NCBI GenBank assembly: GCA_040954595.2
Contig: CM082578.2
Span: 11,353,166 to 11,417,165 of the forward strand
Direction of reading: 5' to 3'
DNA: 64,000 nucleotides
Source: Balanoglossus misakiensis
Lineage: Eukaryota > Animalia > Hemichordata
The stretch's first letter is position 1, and each line of letters starts with the position of its first letter. The notes under the pieces were generated by a model. That model saw only the letters and a list, made by a program, of their open reading frames with translations. It had not been told where the DNA came from and did not search any database. Positions 43,541-54,900 of the stretch are shown here, one piece after another. Position numbers and translations under genes: made by a program.

Positions 43541-43800
43541 TTTGATTCACAGCAACTTGTAATCTTTATTGTCATAGATACTATACATGATACCACATAC
43601 ATAAACATACAAGATAAGCATAACTTGCCTAACATTAATTTCCCTACAAGAAATTCATCAGAGATGGCAGTAATGAAACGAAAGCTCAGTGAACTTCACA
43701 ACCTATGAACAAGTACGACAAACATAGCCAAGTCAGTGGTTGGGGTGAATTCAATGCGACCTCTATATCCCCAGGTGAAAGTTAAGCTACCATAAAGACA

Positions 43801-45819
43801 CTAATCCTTAACTGGGTAACATATGACGAGTTTGCTGTCTCCGCGGGGGACGTTGGATGGACAGTAGAGATCCACGTTGTCGGACCCCAGTCTGATGTAC
43901 GTGTGCCCCTCCTCGCAGCCGCACAGGAAGGCTGCGGTGTAGAGGCAGATCTCGAAGGCCGGCGTGGTGCCGATAAGGGTACTCCCCAACGGTCTGATGA
44001 CATCTCGCCAGGTGAATTCCACATTCGCGATCTGGTGGTCGTTGCTAGGCACCTGCAACATTGGGCGAATTGGAAGGGAGAATTGGTCTGGTTTTTTATG
44101 CGTATGCTGTAGGCTAAGGTATCCTTGTGATTAGTGATATACGAACAAAATACACGCGAGTAGTGCAGTAGGTATAACGAGGCGGTGAGAAACACCGTCC
44201 CCACGATCGTATTGCAACCCCTTTATGAAGTCCCAAAAACTACAATTTTTTCCACGTATCTTAGCCCAACTGAGACACACCTGTCAAATTATCCAGTCAA
44301 ACGCCCCCATTAAACATAGATTTAACCATAGGCCCTGGAGGGTCTATGCTTTAACCAAGCAATTAATTTGAGGGTTTGAGTTTTGGAGCATTACCTTATA
44401 TGGAGGACATTCTCTATACACGTACCAAGAGAATGGGGTCAGTATGACGTCATCGTTTCCGGATATCAATCATTTCTGTTCACAGGCCGTGAACAGAGTA
44501 ACCTACGACCTCCTGTTTGCAAAGTCTAAGCACAGACTTTGTGGTTTAAGCTTACCTTGTAAGCTTTGTTTATATACCTGGAAGGCATAAGCCATCGATT
44601 TTTATGTCAAAGGTCACTTGCCTGTCGTCCGCTAATACCTCTGAACTGAACGTGTCCACTCTTTTCCAGCAAGTAAAATCTAACCCAGTTGTGTATTCCG
44701 CTCACCAACCCTTCCTCTTTTAACTTGTCTCCCTTCTCGTTCGTTTTCAACTTGCCTAAAAAGTCCAAACATAATTTCATGGGATAAATTCATAAATCTA
44801 ACGCACTGATCTACTATATATCTCCAGACTTTTCAAGAAGCTTCTTCAAATTTCTTGAACCATAGACTCTGGAGAAATATTTTTCCGGGGTCTATCGTTA
44901 AATCTATCGTTCATGTATTATAAGAGCGAAGGGCCTGTGTCTGTGACTTAAAAATTCTTCTTCATTAATCTTCCCATCGCACATTTATTTTTAGTTTCAT
45001 TCTGTACGTTTGCGTGCCATATTGAATGATAAATAAATATTTAACTTCCATGTCAGACAACAGACGTTCAATTGAAAAAATATTTCAAAGAGTCCATTGT
45101 GCTATGAAAGCAGGAAAGTCCAAAGGGGGGGGGGTCAGATTCTCACCTATGAAAATGCGCTCAAAGGCACACGACAGGCGAGATTGGCTCTTCTCAGGAT
45201 CAAACCATATGTTACGCAACTTGTCTTTCAATTGTGCCTGATCAGGTCCCACGATCTGTTTCTCTACAAGGTATGTTTGCAGTCTCTTCGTGACCGAAGC
45301 TTGCAAGACAACTCGGAGAAATTCGTCGACTTCGGCGCTAGTGCTGGTTGCTTCACCGTCTGTCTCGACCTCGCGACCCCCGTAAATTTCCAGCAATTTG
45401 ACGAAGTGTCTGTACGGCTCGGTGTCGAGAACGGCCTCGTCTAGATTTCGAAACAGTCGCCCGCCAGACTGATTAAGAGGCGTGGTCGCCGCGATCGCCT
45501 GTTCGTCGTCGTAACTGCTATCGTCTGCTTCTTCGGCCAGTCTCAAACAGATCTCGTAGTCTCTGTTGGGCTGTAGGCGCTCGTCCAGCTCCCAAAGATT
45601 TCTGCAAAGCAACAGGAAGGTGCCGTTCCCTTTCGGGAGCTGCGCCCTCGAATTGAAGAGAGCGATCAGAAAATCGTGATCTTCATAGCAACGGCCCTCT
45701 AGTCTAGACTTGGCGCAGACGATGACTATGTATTTGCCTTTGTTGAGGTATAAACTGTGACCTCTTCGCTTGCAGTATGCGCACCATGTTCGTCCTGGTT
45801 TGGAGGAGGATTCTTGCAT
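43801..45819 (-). CDS. ENDOU: EndoU/XendoU-family (poly(U)-specific endoribonuclease-like) protein with substituted catalytic residues
   Basis: Exons 45819-45147, 44755-44622 (GC donor), 44052-43801. EndoU motifs LWELD.RL.P..DY, LF, IWF, SCAFERIFIG (canonical S(S/G)FEHVF.GE), SGIHNW..FY..EK.G, FTW....RP.GS..IGTTPAFEICLYT. PolyA signal AATAAA on the minus strand at 43565-43570. Start codon uncertain. Confidence 0.87.
44320..44896. mobile_element. Three putative P-superfamily excision footprints in EndoU introns
   Basis: atttaac | cataggccctggagggtctatg | ctttaac (44320-44355); gtctaag | cacagactttgtg | gtttaag (44524-44550); catagactctggagaaa ta tttttccggggtctatc (44861-44896, decayed copy of the 19586 family). 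Confidence 0.55.
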
Positions 45820-46189
45820 GAAACTTGATAAATGAATCGGAATTGTTGTGATGCTGCTCTGTCGTTCCAACACTCGAATGACGCAGTTTGTGAACCCCGA
45901 ATTCTGTCATTAAAATGCGTTTGTTATTTTTATTTTGGAGCAATCATTGGTTGTTTTAGTGGGGAATACCCGGCAAAACTATTACATAGGCCTACATAGA
46001 CGCAGTACATTGTGTACTGTTTTTGCTTTAACATCTAACTTAATATTTTTGATGTGCAAGTCGCGAAAACAAGTCAATAAGTTGCTTAATGAGACGACGA
46101 GACAAATAAATCCCCTTGTCTATGTTGGGTCAGTATAACTTTTACAAAACGACATCGGAAAAAAATGCAGAATCACAGACATGTGACCT

Positions 46190-46320
46190 ACATTGTGGAC
46201 GAGTCGGGGGATACCCGGATACACCCATGACGTATCGCTTCTAATAAGCCTGCGCAGAGACGCCGCACGCGCACTTCGTGTACATTAACTAACAGCTGGC
46301 ATTCCATTTGCCCCGCGACA
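46190..46320 (-). promoter_or_regulatory. Probable CpG-rich promoter region of the EndoU-like gene
   Basis: CpG-dense patch about 400 bp upstream of the first coding exon, with tgacgt (CRE-like) and tgcgca/gcacgcgc (NRF1-like) motifs; inference only. Confidence 0.3.
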
Positions 46321-48815
46321 CAAATTTAAAACGCACATTTTTTTTCAATCGTGAATTTTGTGGTGGTCTGATTGCACCTACCACAACTTAACACAGTTTT
46401 TTTCATTTTATAACTGATTGGGATTAATTAGAAATGTAAATGAAAAATTCTGGGTTTGTCAATTTGTGGAAGAAACTTTTTTGGGACTATGGGATGTGAA
46501 ATCTTTCGCCATCCAACTGATCTGTGTGAATTTGTTCTTAATAAGACATAGAATGTATATTTATGTCTGTTTGATACATGTAAGCCCAATTTATAAATAA
46601 TGATTGGGAATCAAATACATTTATTAAAAAGAGCTAAGAGACTCGTCCTGTATCTGTCTGAAAGAGAGTGATTGATGGATATCTTTCCGAGAGACACGAC
46701 GTCTCTGATAAAAAATAAAAACGCAAACCGACTTGACCGCTATCTCAGATCCCCAAAACCAAATCAACTGTTGATCTCTTTCTAAGTGAAAGGGTGTACG
46801 CATTAAGATATCCGAATCCGATATGAATCAGTATTCCAAAGGGGAGGAAAATAGGCTCCAGAGAGACTGATAGGATCCGACTGAATCATAATCGGAGGCT
46901 GGGGAAATAAACGCTTCTCAGGGCAGGTGGGACTGCGACAGTACCTTTTAAGAATCGTTCGACGACTGTTCAGCGACCACTTGTGCTAGCGACAGGTAGG
47001 TCTGGTTGTTGTGTTGACATGGCCATGCGTCTAGGAATAACCAAAAGTTTCCATTGAAATTTGACATAACTTTCCTTGTAATTACAAAATAAACGCGATT
47101 TTACGTAACAAAGTTTGTTACTTTCTTGTCTGTTTATCAAAATCTTTGCTTGTCATCGGAGTTGACATTTTCCGTCATCACAAAATTAGCATGTCGGCCG
47201 AATTTCAGTTTGTGTTTGTTGCCACACGCCACCAAGCTGTGACTATTGCGCCGAAAAACGAACGGGGGCGCTGTACATAGAATTTCTGTCAAATAAAAAT
47301 ACATGTATCAAAATGTCAGTGTCATGAGAAAATGGTGAACTGTACATTGTGGTGGCGCGCCATCACGCGGCAATAATGTCCCATACGTTTGACACGTCAA
47401 CGCAACGAACGTACCTGTGTCTCCGTGACACGTTATCTCAACATTGGTGGATGATTGTGAAAAATGAATATTGTTTGACAACCTGTCAGAATCCTTGATG
47501 AATAGCTTCCCTCCGATGAACTGAGTACACCTCACAAGACCGATAAACAAATTTCGATCTTCACGAAACCGCCACGATTGTGTACTATAGAACCGCCACA
47601 GTCCAGTGCGTCTGCCGACAGCTTTATCTAATCGATTATTGATTGTAATTAAACTAACTCTACGAGCCGATATCCACAGCGGCTATTCATTAAGATTTAC
47701 CCTGCCTTGCAGTTTCTCCGCCGTGTTGTGTGAAACTGTCACGGCGTGGGGAAAATTTGCTTGCCACCAAGAGACACTTTGGATCTTCAAGATATTTTAT
47801 TGTCAGAAAAGAAAGCTCTGATATCTTTTGTCAGTAATTAACGAAACGACAAAATACCATCTGCGGAACATTTGCAATGACAATTACGTTCGATAATTTT
47901 TAATGACAGGGAAGAAACAGTGATGTTTGTATATTCATTCAAAGCTGCGTGTCACGAGAAGCCGCGACTCAACAGAGAGTTCCCGAACAACCGGTTCAAA
48001 GGGAACGGTATTCATCCACGACGGCGGCTACCATCAAAATCCACCATCGTATCCCCTCAGATTAGCACTACCAACTTTCACTAACGCATTGACACTTTCA
48101 AAACTTACATGTACTTGGGCGTCGTATCCACCTTCCTTCCAGCAACTGCTTGGGTAAAAAAAACACGGGGACGCATACACGTGGACTTCCAAATTTTTAT
48201 ACGAAAAAAAAACAATTACACGGACGCCTGCGCACTGACCGCACACGCCAGGTCAAATAAAGCGCAATGCGACAAACGAAACTATGAATATGCATTGAAT
48301 TCATGACAGATACAGAGTTGTCATCCCTCGATATTGTGCGAAATACACAATTCCAGAAATAAGGACCGACCAAAGTAAACTTTGAAACGGAATTTGACAG
48401 TAGACGCGGGACATTGTTTTGTAGATGGGGGTTAACGCTTGGAAATGGCGGAACTGTTTGGTTCAATTACAATTAAAGAAAGGATATAAACGAGTGACAA
48501 TCTTCAACCCCTGGAGCGATAGAGGGCGTAGTCGGTATCACTGCAATATTCGAGTTGCTGGTAATTTGTCATTTGTTTAACTCGAATATCAGCAAATTAT
48601 TTTGTGAATATTACCATCTGCCGCATTTGACACAGAAAAAGCACCAATTAGGCCCCATAGTGCCTTTCTTGAAAACAGAATGACAATAACCTACTTTTAA
48701 TCTTTGTTTGAAAAGCATGTTAAAGTTTTACATTCCCTTCCTGATCCAACTCTCCCCTCTTCACAGGACGGGACTATATAAATACACGGGCGAAGTTGGA
48801 TATCGACGAGTGATC

Positions 48816-48918
48816 GAGAGATAGAGATAGAGAGAGGGAGAGAGAGAGGGAGAGAGGGAGATAGAGAGAGGGAGAGGGAGAGAGAGAGGGAGAGAGGGAG
48901 AGGGAGAGCAGGGGAGAG
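48816..48918. repeat. GA-rich polypurine tract
   Basis: gagagatagagatagagagagggag... about 100 bp, immediately downstream of a TATATAAA motif. Confidence 0.85.
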
Positions 48919-51900
48919 GTCAGGGGCCAAAGGTCAGAGGAGATCGACTCCAGTCGGGCGAAGTGAGGCGTAATAGATCAGAGTAATTTCCTTTACGCAT
49001 CTCCATCCTCAAGGACGTTTGATAAAAACAGATGAAGTGGGAGACTGTTCACCGTCACAAATTTATTTTTATCTCAGATCAGTGTTTTTCTCCCGCAATC
49101 TCATCTTAAAGAGAAGCCATCTGTACAGAACCTTGCTTGATGGCAGATAGCTTGACAAATGCGAATCTGCAAACACGGAAGTGTCACTGACAGGCTTTGT
49201 CTTGATGATCGCCAATTAGACATGTCTGACTTAATTACCAGTATGCTTCTTGTCTGCTCAGAGATAAAAAAAGGGTCAACTTTTACCTCAGTCTCCTTGG
49301 TTTTTCTTCTACCATTTTCTCGGTTTTGTGTTTTTTTTTACCACCGCAGGACTCGCGCATTTCGATCGCACGGCGACGTGCAACCAGAATCACGAAGTGT
49401 GTTCGAGAAAAGGGTAAGACTATGTGTATGAATGGGAGCGCTCTCTCCGTACATTCTCTGTTGCCCCCACTTTATTCAGATTCAACAACAAGCTGCAAAA
49501 CGATAAATGACAAAAAAAAACTTTGACGGCAAAAACATGACGCCATAACGTGTTCATCGGTGTCACCCATGTTTACGAACTAGATATGATATTGAGATAA
49601 CGATTAGATGGAATAGATCGTTGAAATTGACGACATCGCAATGTTTGACGTCTCACATAATAAATTATAATAGCGAGTCACGATTCGTGCCATAAAATAA
49701 GCTGGGACCTTAAAACGCACGGAAAACAAATTAAGAACTTTTATATTTGATGATCATTCTTCTTGTGACTTTTAAGTCGATAAAAGTTCACGTTTTCTTG
49801 TCAACTTACTTGGTTGTACGTTTTCATTAGATTCGTTTTATCTTGTAACCCGAAAAGCGCGACATTCGCATAATCACCGACCTCTCAACCAGATAAAAGA
49901 TGGCCATGCGTCCAGAGAAAGATAACGCGGACATAACGAAAAAAAGGTAAATTGATGATAAATGCTAAAATCAGAAGAAGTCAAATTAAATACGGAATTA
50001 AAAATTTTAAATTCGTTGTTTAGATTTGCACACACACAAAATATTTACTCAAGTCAAAAGCTATATAATAAATTCAAAAATACTGCATTCCATGAGGAAT
50101 TTAATTTTGACATTTTTAAGATTGGTTATTTTTCTCAACCAGAATTAATCTATGTCTTTTAAATGTAGCAAAGCCCCTCTGCATTCGTACTCGCAACTGG
50201 GAATATTTCAAAGTTTGATCCAAGTACAGGCTTCCATTGCCAAAGAGACTCTTTGTTTATGCGGCGTGTGTCTGTTTTTTGCGATGGGCATCACCTCCCT
50301 GCGTCGATATGATCTGCTACTTGTAAGCTGTATGACGGCGAAAGGGAGAAGCATCTACTCTCTTCAGTCAGTCCCAACCCGCTCAAATGGATCAGTGTTT
50401 ATAATGGTCATTTTTCTTGAATGGCAATTTTTCATCCATGGCCTATTGATCCACAAGGCTGTCATCCCAGTCAGAGTAAAACTGATGAGATGTGCGCGAT
50501 TTGCCATCATGCCGCTGACCCCATAAAATTTCTCTTTACGTCTTATCGTGTTCGGGGATTTGTAGTATGCGTGCAAATCTGCGCAGGCAGGTCAAGCTAT
50601 CAGAAGTACCGACCAATAATGTACCCGATAATCTCCGCGCTGTTGCAGATACTCTTTTTCAATGATTCCCGTCGCAGATAACCGCCGATGAAGGAACGCT
50701 GGGGTCTAAATCTTGCATGATGGCATGATCCCGTAATACCATATCATGGTGTGTCTGTCGCATCGTCTAGGTGAAGGGAAGACGGGAAAAAAATAGAAAC
50801 CACATCGTTTTTTCCAGGATTGCGAGCTCGGCTATTGTATGCCAGGGAGAGCTCGGTGGTGAAGAGAAGCGATTACTCGATGTTAGAGGGCGCTGTGCTG
50901 GGTGTTTGTGATTCTCCCTGTCCTCTGATTAATGTTTCCTCTTCCGTGCTGTGATTTTTTTTTTGAAAGTTGTGTAACCCCTCGAAACGGAGAAGGCGAA
51001 ATGTCTTGAGTCTCATTAAAAGTATGAGCACTCTCTTCTGGTTAAGCGTTCGGCATCCATCTCACTTAGCTTTGAAGGGCAATTCAGGACGGAGCTATTT
51101 GTTGTAGACAAATGCCCACAATAAAACATCACCTCGCTAATGAAACGGTCGCTTTCGTCCTAATATAAAACGGCAAGAAATTTTCCACTCTAATCATTTG
51201 GCGATTTTTATTTCTTCCTTGTAAGTTGCGTCCCGGCAGCCATTACAAGTTAAGTGTTCACAGTTATTGCTCGCCGCCGCTGCTCGTAATTTGGTAGCAA
51301 TTTCCATTTGGGGGAGGGTCCACGCGAGTACCTTTACAAGCCCCCTTCCATTAAAGCCACAGATGAGGCGATCCTTATCGCCCCGTCGGAGTTGTTTTTG
51401 CGCTGAATCTGCCTTAGGAATTTAGCACGGCAAGCAGAAAGAGCGAGGGTTCACCCAGAATGGCGACCCTAGCAATGCTTGGTTTCTTGTTATGTTTTAT
51501 ACCCCTGCAATAGACGGTACTCTCTCTCTGCACTCGATCCCCTCGGTAGAATATTGATCATCCGCTGCACAGCTCCAGGCTTCGTCTGCTCGTTACGCAT
51601 GATCGCTCGCTGAAGTGCGGAGTGCAGGCAATATTTCTGCGTTGAATATGTTACCTCCCCCTGTATACGCAGCGCCGATGTGCCGACCCCTATCAGGACG
51701 TGTAATCTGTGTTCGCTATAAAATACACTATCCCCAAGTATAAAACGGATATAATTTGACATAGTGCCCGACGCGACGCTCGCTACTCCCGTATACGTAC
51801 AGAAGTCAAAGTCATCTGTTTTTCTTCACCACGACACAACAACGTAACGATTCAAAACAAACCAACAATGGCGTGTATGTTGTTTGTATCGTTTAAATCT

Positions 51901-54900
51901 AGTTCATTAAAAAATCTTCTATTCCCAGAATACCTGGTTTAATTTTTCGTACAGTTAAAAGCAAACGAGATATTTGTTTACTTGTTGATCATAGTTAGAA
52001 AACATAGGATGCACTCCGACATACACATTTTTTGATTTGTTGCTTTGATTATAGATGACGTCATACATCGGCAAGCACAGTTATGTTTTAAGTGTTCGAA
52101 TCGAAACGAACCTAAAACGCATTTCGTAGTTGGGGCTATATTCCGTAAAGTTTTAAAATAGTACATAGTTGGCTCCTTTATGTACACAAGAACGTCTCCT
52201 TTGGCTTAAAAAATTAACCACTTGTGCTGAACTAGTTATAAAATATTCAAATTCTTGCTGTTCCTGTCTTGACAAGGACCATTCTCCAACTTGCTTTATT
52301 CTTTGTTTATTTTCTGATAAATGTAATGCTGGTCTATGGATAAAAGGTTTTCTTAAAAGATCCGGACAATTTTTTATGACTTTCCGACATCGTAAACAAA
52401 ACCAATGGCTTCGTTATATCGCGCAGAGCGCTAGTTGCAATGAAAGCAAGGTTTACTTTCATAATTTAAAGTGCATGGCTTGGAACATTGGCAATCAAAG
52501 TATCAATCCTCAAGTCGTAGACAATTGTTGAGTGTTTTTACGTTCGGTAAAATTATTGCAGGGTAGTTAAATCTTTGGAGTTTTTTTTTCTTCTGTCAAG
52601 AAAAGGTCCACATTATTGACAGGATTACAACATAATGTCAAAGTTCACTTATAATTAATTCATTTCTGCCGTAATGAATGGTCACAAAAAGTAGGGTGAG
52701 TTTAACATCACTGCCAAACAAACACACAGACGTACACATCAATTTTACGACCCAGTCATTTTTTTTCATTGTAATATATGCTGGTCATTAGTTTCCAATA
52801 TAACTGTCTTTGTAGGCCATCAAAACCTGGAAAGCCCATTTCTTAGATTAGAAAACGAGATTTCGCTTAGCCTGATGATATATTCATCCCCATTCTGTCG
52901 GAAAAACAATATTGCTCAATAATGACATGTTGCCAAGGTACGGGCAATGCTCCGGCTATTAGCCGCGGTGCGCTGTATTCTATCTTATCTCAAAAGACGG
53001 AGAATATTTGTCAAATTAATTTCATTTTACGATTTGATGCAGCCCTGCGACCTTTTATCTCATATTTCAAATGTTACTTAAAATGATTTGTCGTATCATG
53101 TGTTTTTGTCTATGTTACCTATTTTATGTTGTCACGAAAGGTCGCGGCGGGCTTGTCTGGGATGATGTTCGTTTCTCACCTACACGAGATAAATGTTTCA
53201 TTTGGCGAGTAGAAAGCCAAATCGAACATACACGACCGACGTCTCCCCCCTTTTTCAGTTCTCTAATCGCTCACCATATCGTGTAAGTGCAAAAGATCTC
53301 GCTCGCTCTTCTCGCGGAAAATTCTCGTTATTTCAGAGCGCTTGTCAGTGACACTCTGTCGCTTATCGCTGGGTGAGTTTTCATTCGGAGGCGTGCGTCG
53401 ATAGCGATATGTGAAAATGTCAGATATATGAAAGCGAGACGTGAGATCAGACTCTGAATTTTCCTCGTTCATCCACTGAGGAGGTACAGTTATTCGAACG
53501 AATAGAAAGTCTCATTGTACCTTTGGTTCTGGGTTGATAACATGCATGTAGTTGCGTTGATTGGAAGGTGTTAATTAACCAAAGGGTCCAGATATATTAA
53601 ACTTCTGGGAGACGGCCATTTTGAGAAACTGGCCGGTGTTAGGTCTTGCAAAAAATCACACAGTACAACAGATCTGTAGCTGCAACAAGACACTTAGGAA
53701 AGATGTCCTAAAAGGATGGCCACTTTGTTTCCATTTCAAAATGGCTAAGAGTTCTTTAACGGTTGCATGGCAAATAACTATACGATACGCTAATGTGGCC
53801 AGCAAATGACGTGTGAAAGCGATGGAACGGAACGAACTTGCAGGATGAGTCATACTCTTAAGATTTTTGACGTCGACAACTTTCTTTGTTGGTATTTTGT
53901 AACACAGCATTGCTTCAGTCTTGCTGTCAGAGCGCCAAGTAAAAGCAAGTGTCCCCGTGGTTTCCAGTAGGAACGACATCACGTGAGTATATTCCAGACA
54001 CAACTAACACCTGTAACCAAATTTTGTGGGATTCATATTTAATTGATAAAATTTAATCTTCATTCCTATTATTATGGTATTCGATAAAGTATTATTTCTC
54101 CTCGATTGAAATATTAATAAGTATAATGTATGTATGTGTGTATGTATGTCTACCTATTATCTGTGCCTCTGCTTAACTCCTCCCTCCCTCTCCTTGTCCA
54201 CACCCCCGCCACACCTTCGTCACCGAGCAGGCTGCCTGGCAGTCTCCCGGGACGTCGTCAATATTGAGAAGAACTGTTACGCATGAAGTCGCCATGGAAA
54301 GATCCCTACCTTTACCAATAAATGCACAGAATTAATAATTCAACGGAGTTTGCCGTCTCCATTCTAACTGCAATGACACGGACTTTAGAAACCTCCATTC
54401 AAACTCACTGATTGCACAGATTAATGATCTAGAACCGGTTCCTGTTTTCAACTTTTTTGTCCGTTTTGAGCGAGTTGCGTTCGAATTCTGGGCACGGTAG
54501 AATATTTCACCAAGTCGTCGAAATGAGTAAAATTAGATCTGTACGGGCTTCCTTAGGTGCAAACTTAGATTCGCAGTGCAGTAAGTAATGGAAGGCCTGT
54601 AAGACTAATTTGCATGTTTGGAGAGATTATTAACTTGCATAATAAATTCATATTTTGTAAACCCAGGAAACAGAAAATCAATCTATATCATACCGTCACT
54701 GGACTTTACTTGCATATATAAGTACTTCCCAGCTGATGTCACGACCGTACGAAGTTTGAGGCGCTTTCCTTACCCGTGATTGAATGCAAAATGTGTTCTG
54801 CTTGTATACTGATGAATGGAGTTGATATTTGGTTGTTATTTTTTTTTATTGTCGAGTAATATCTAGGCCGCCATAGTTAATGCGGCGTAATGTTGTTGAG

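Noticed and set aside
48542-48594. Hairpin atattcgagtt...aactcgaatat as a pre-miRNA
   Set aside because: Only an 11-bp stem with a large loop; too short for a miRNA precursor.
54488-54512. miR-183/263-like sequence
   Set aside because: Seed mismatch and no hairpin partner arm.
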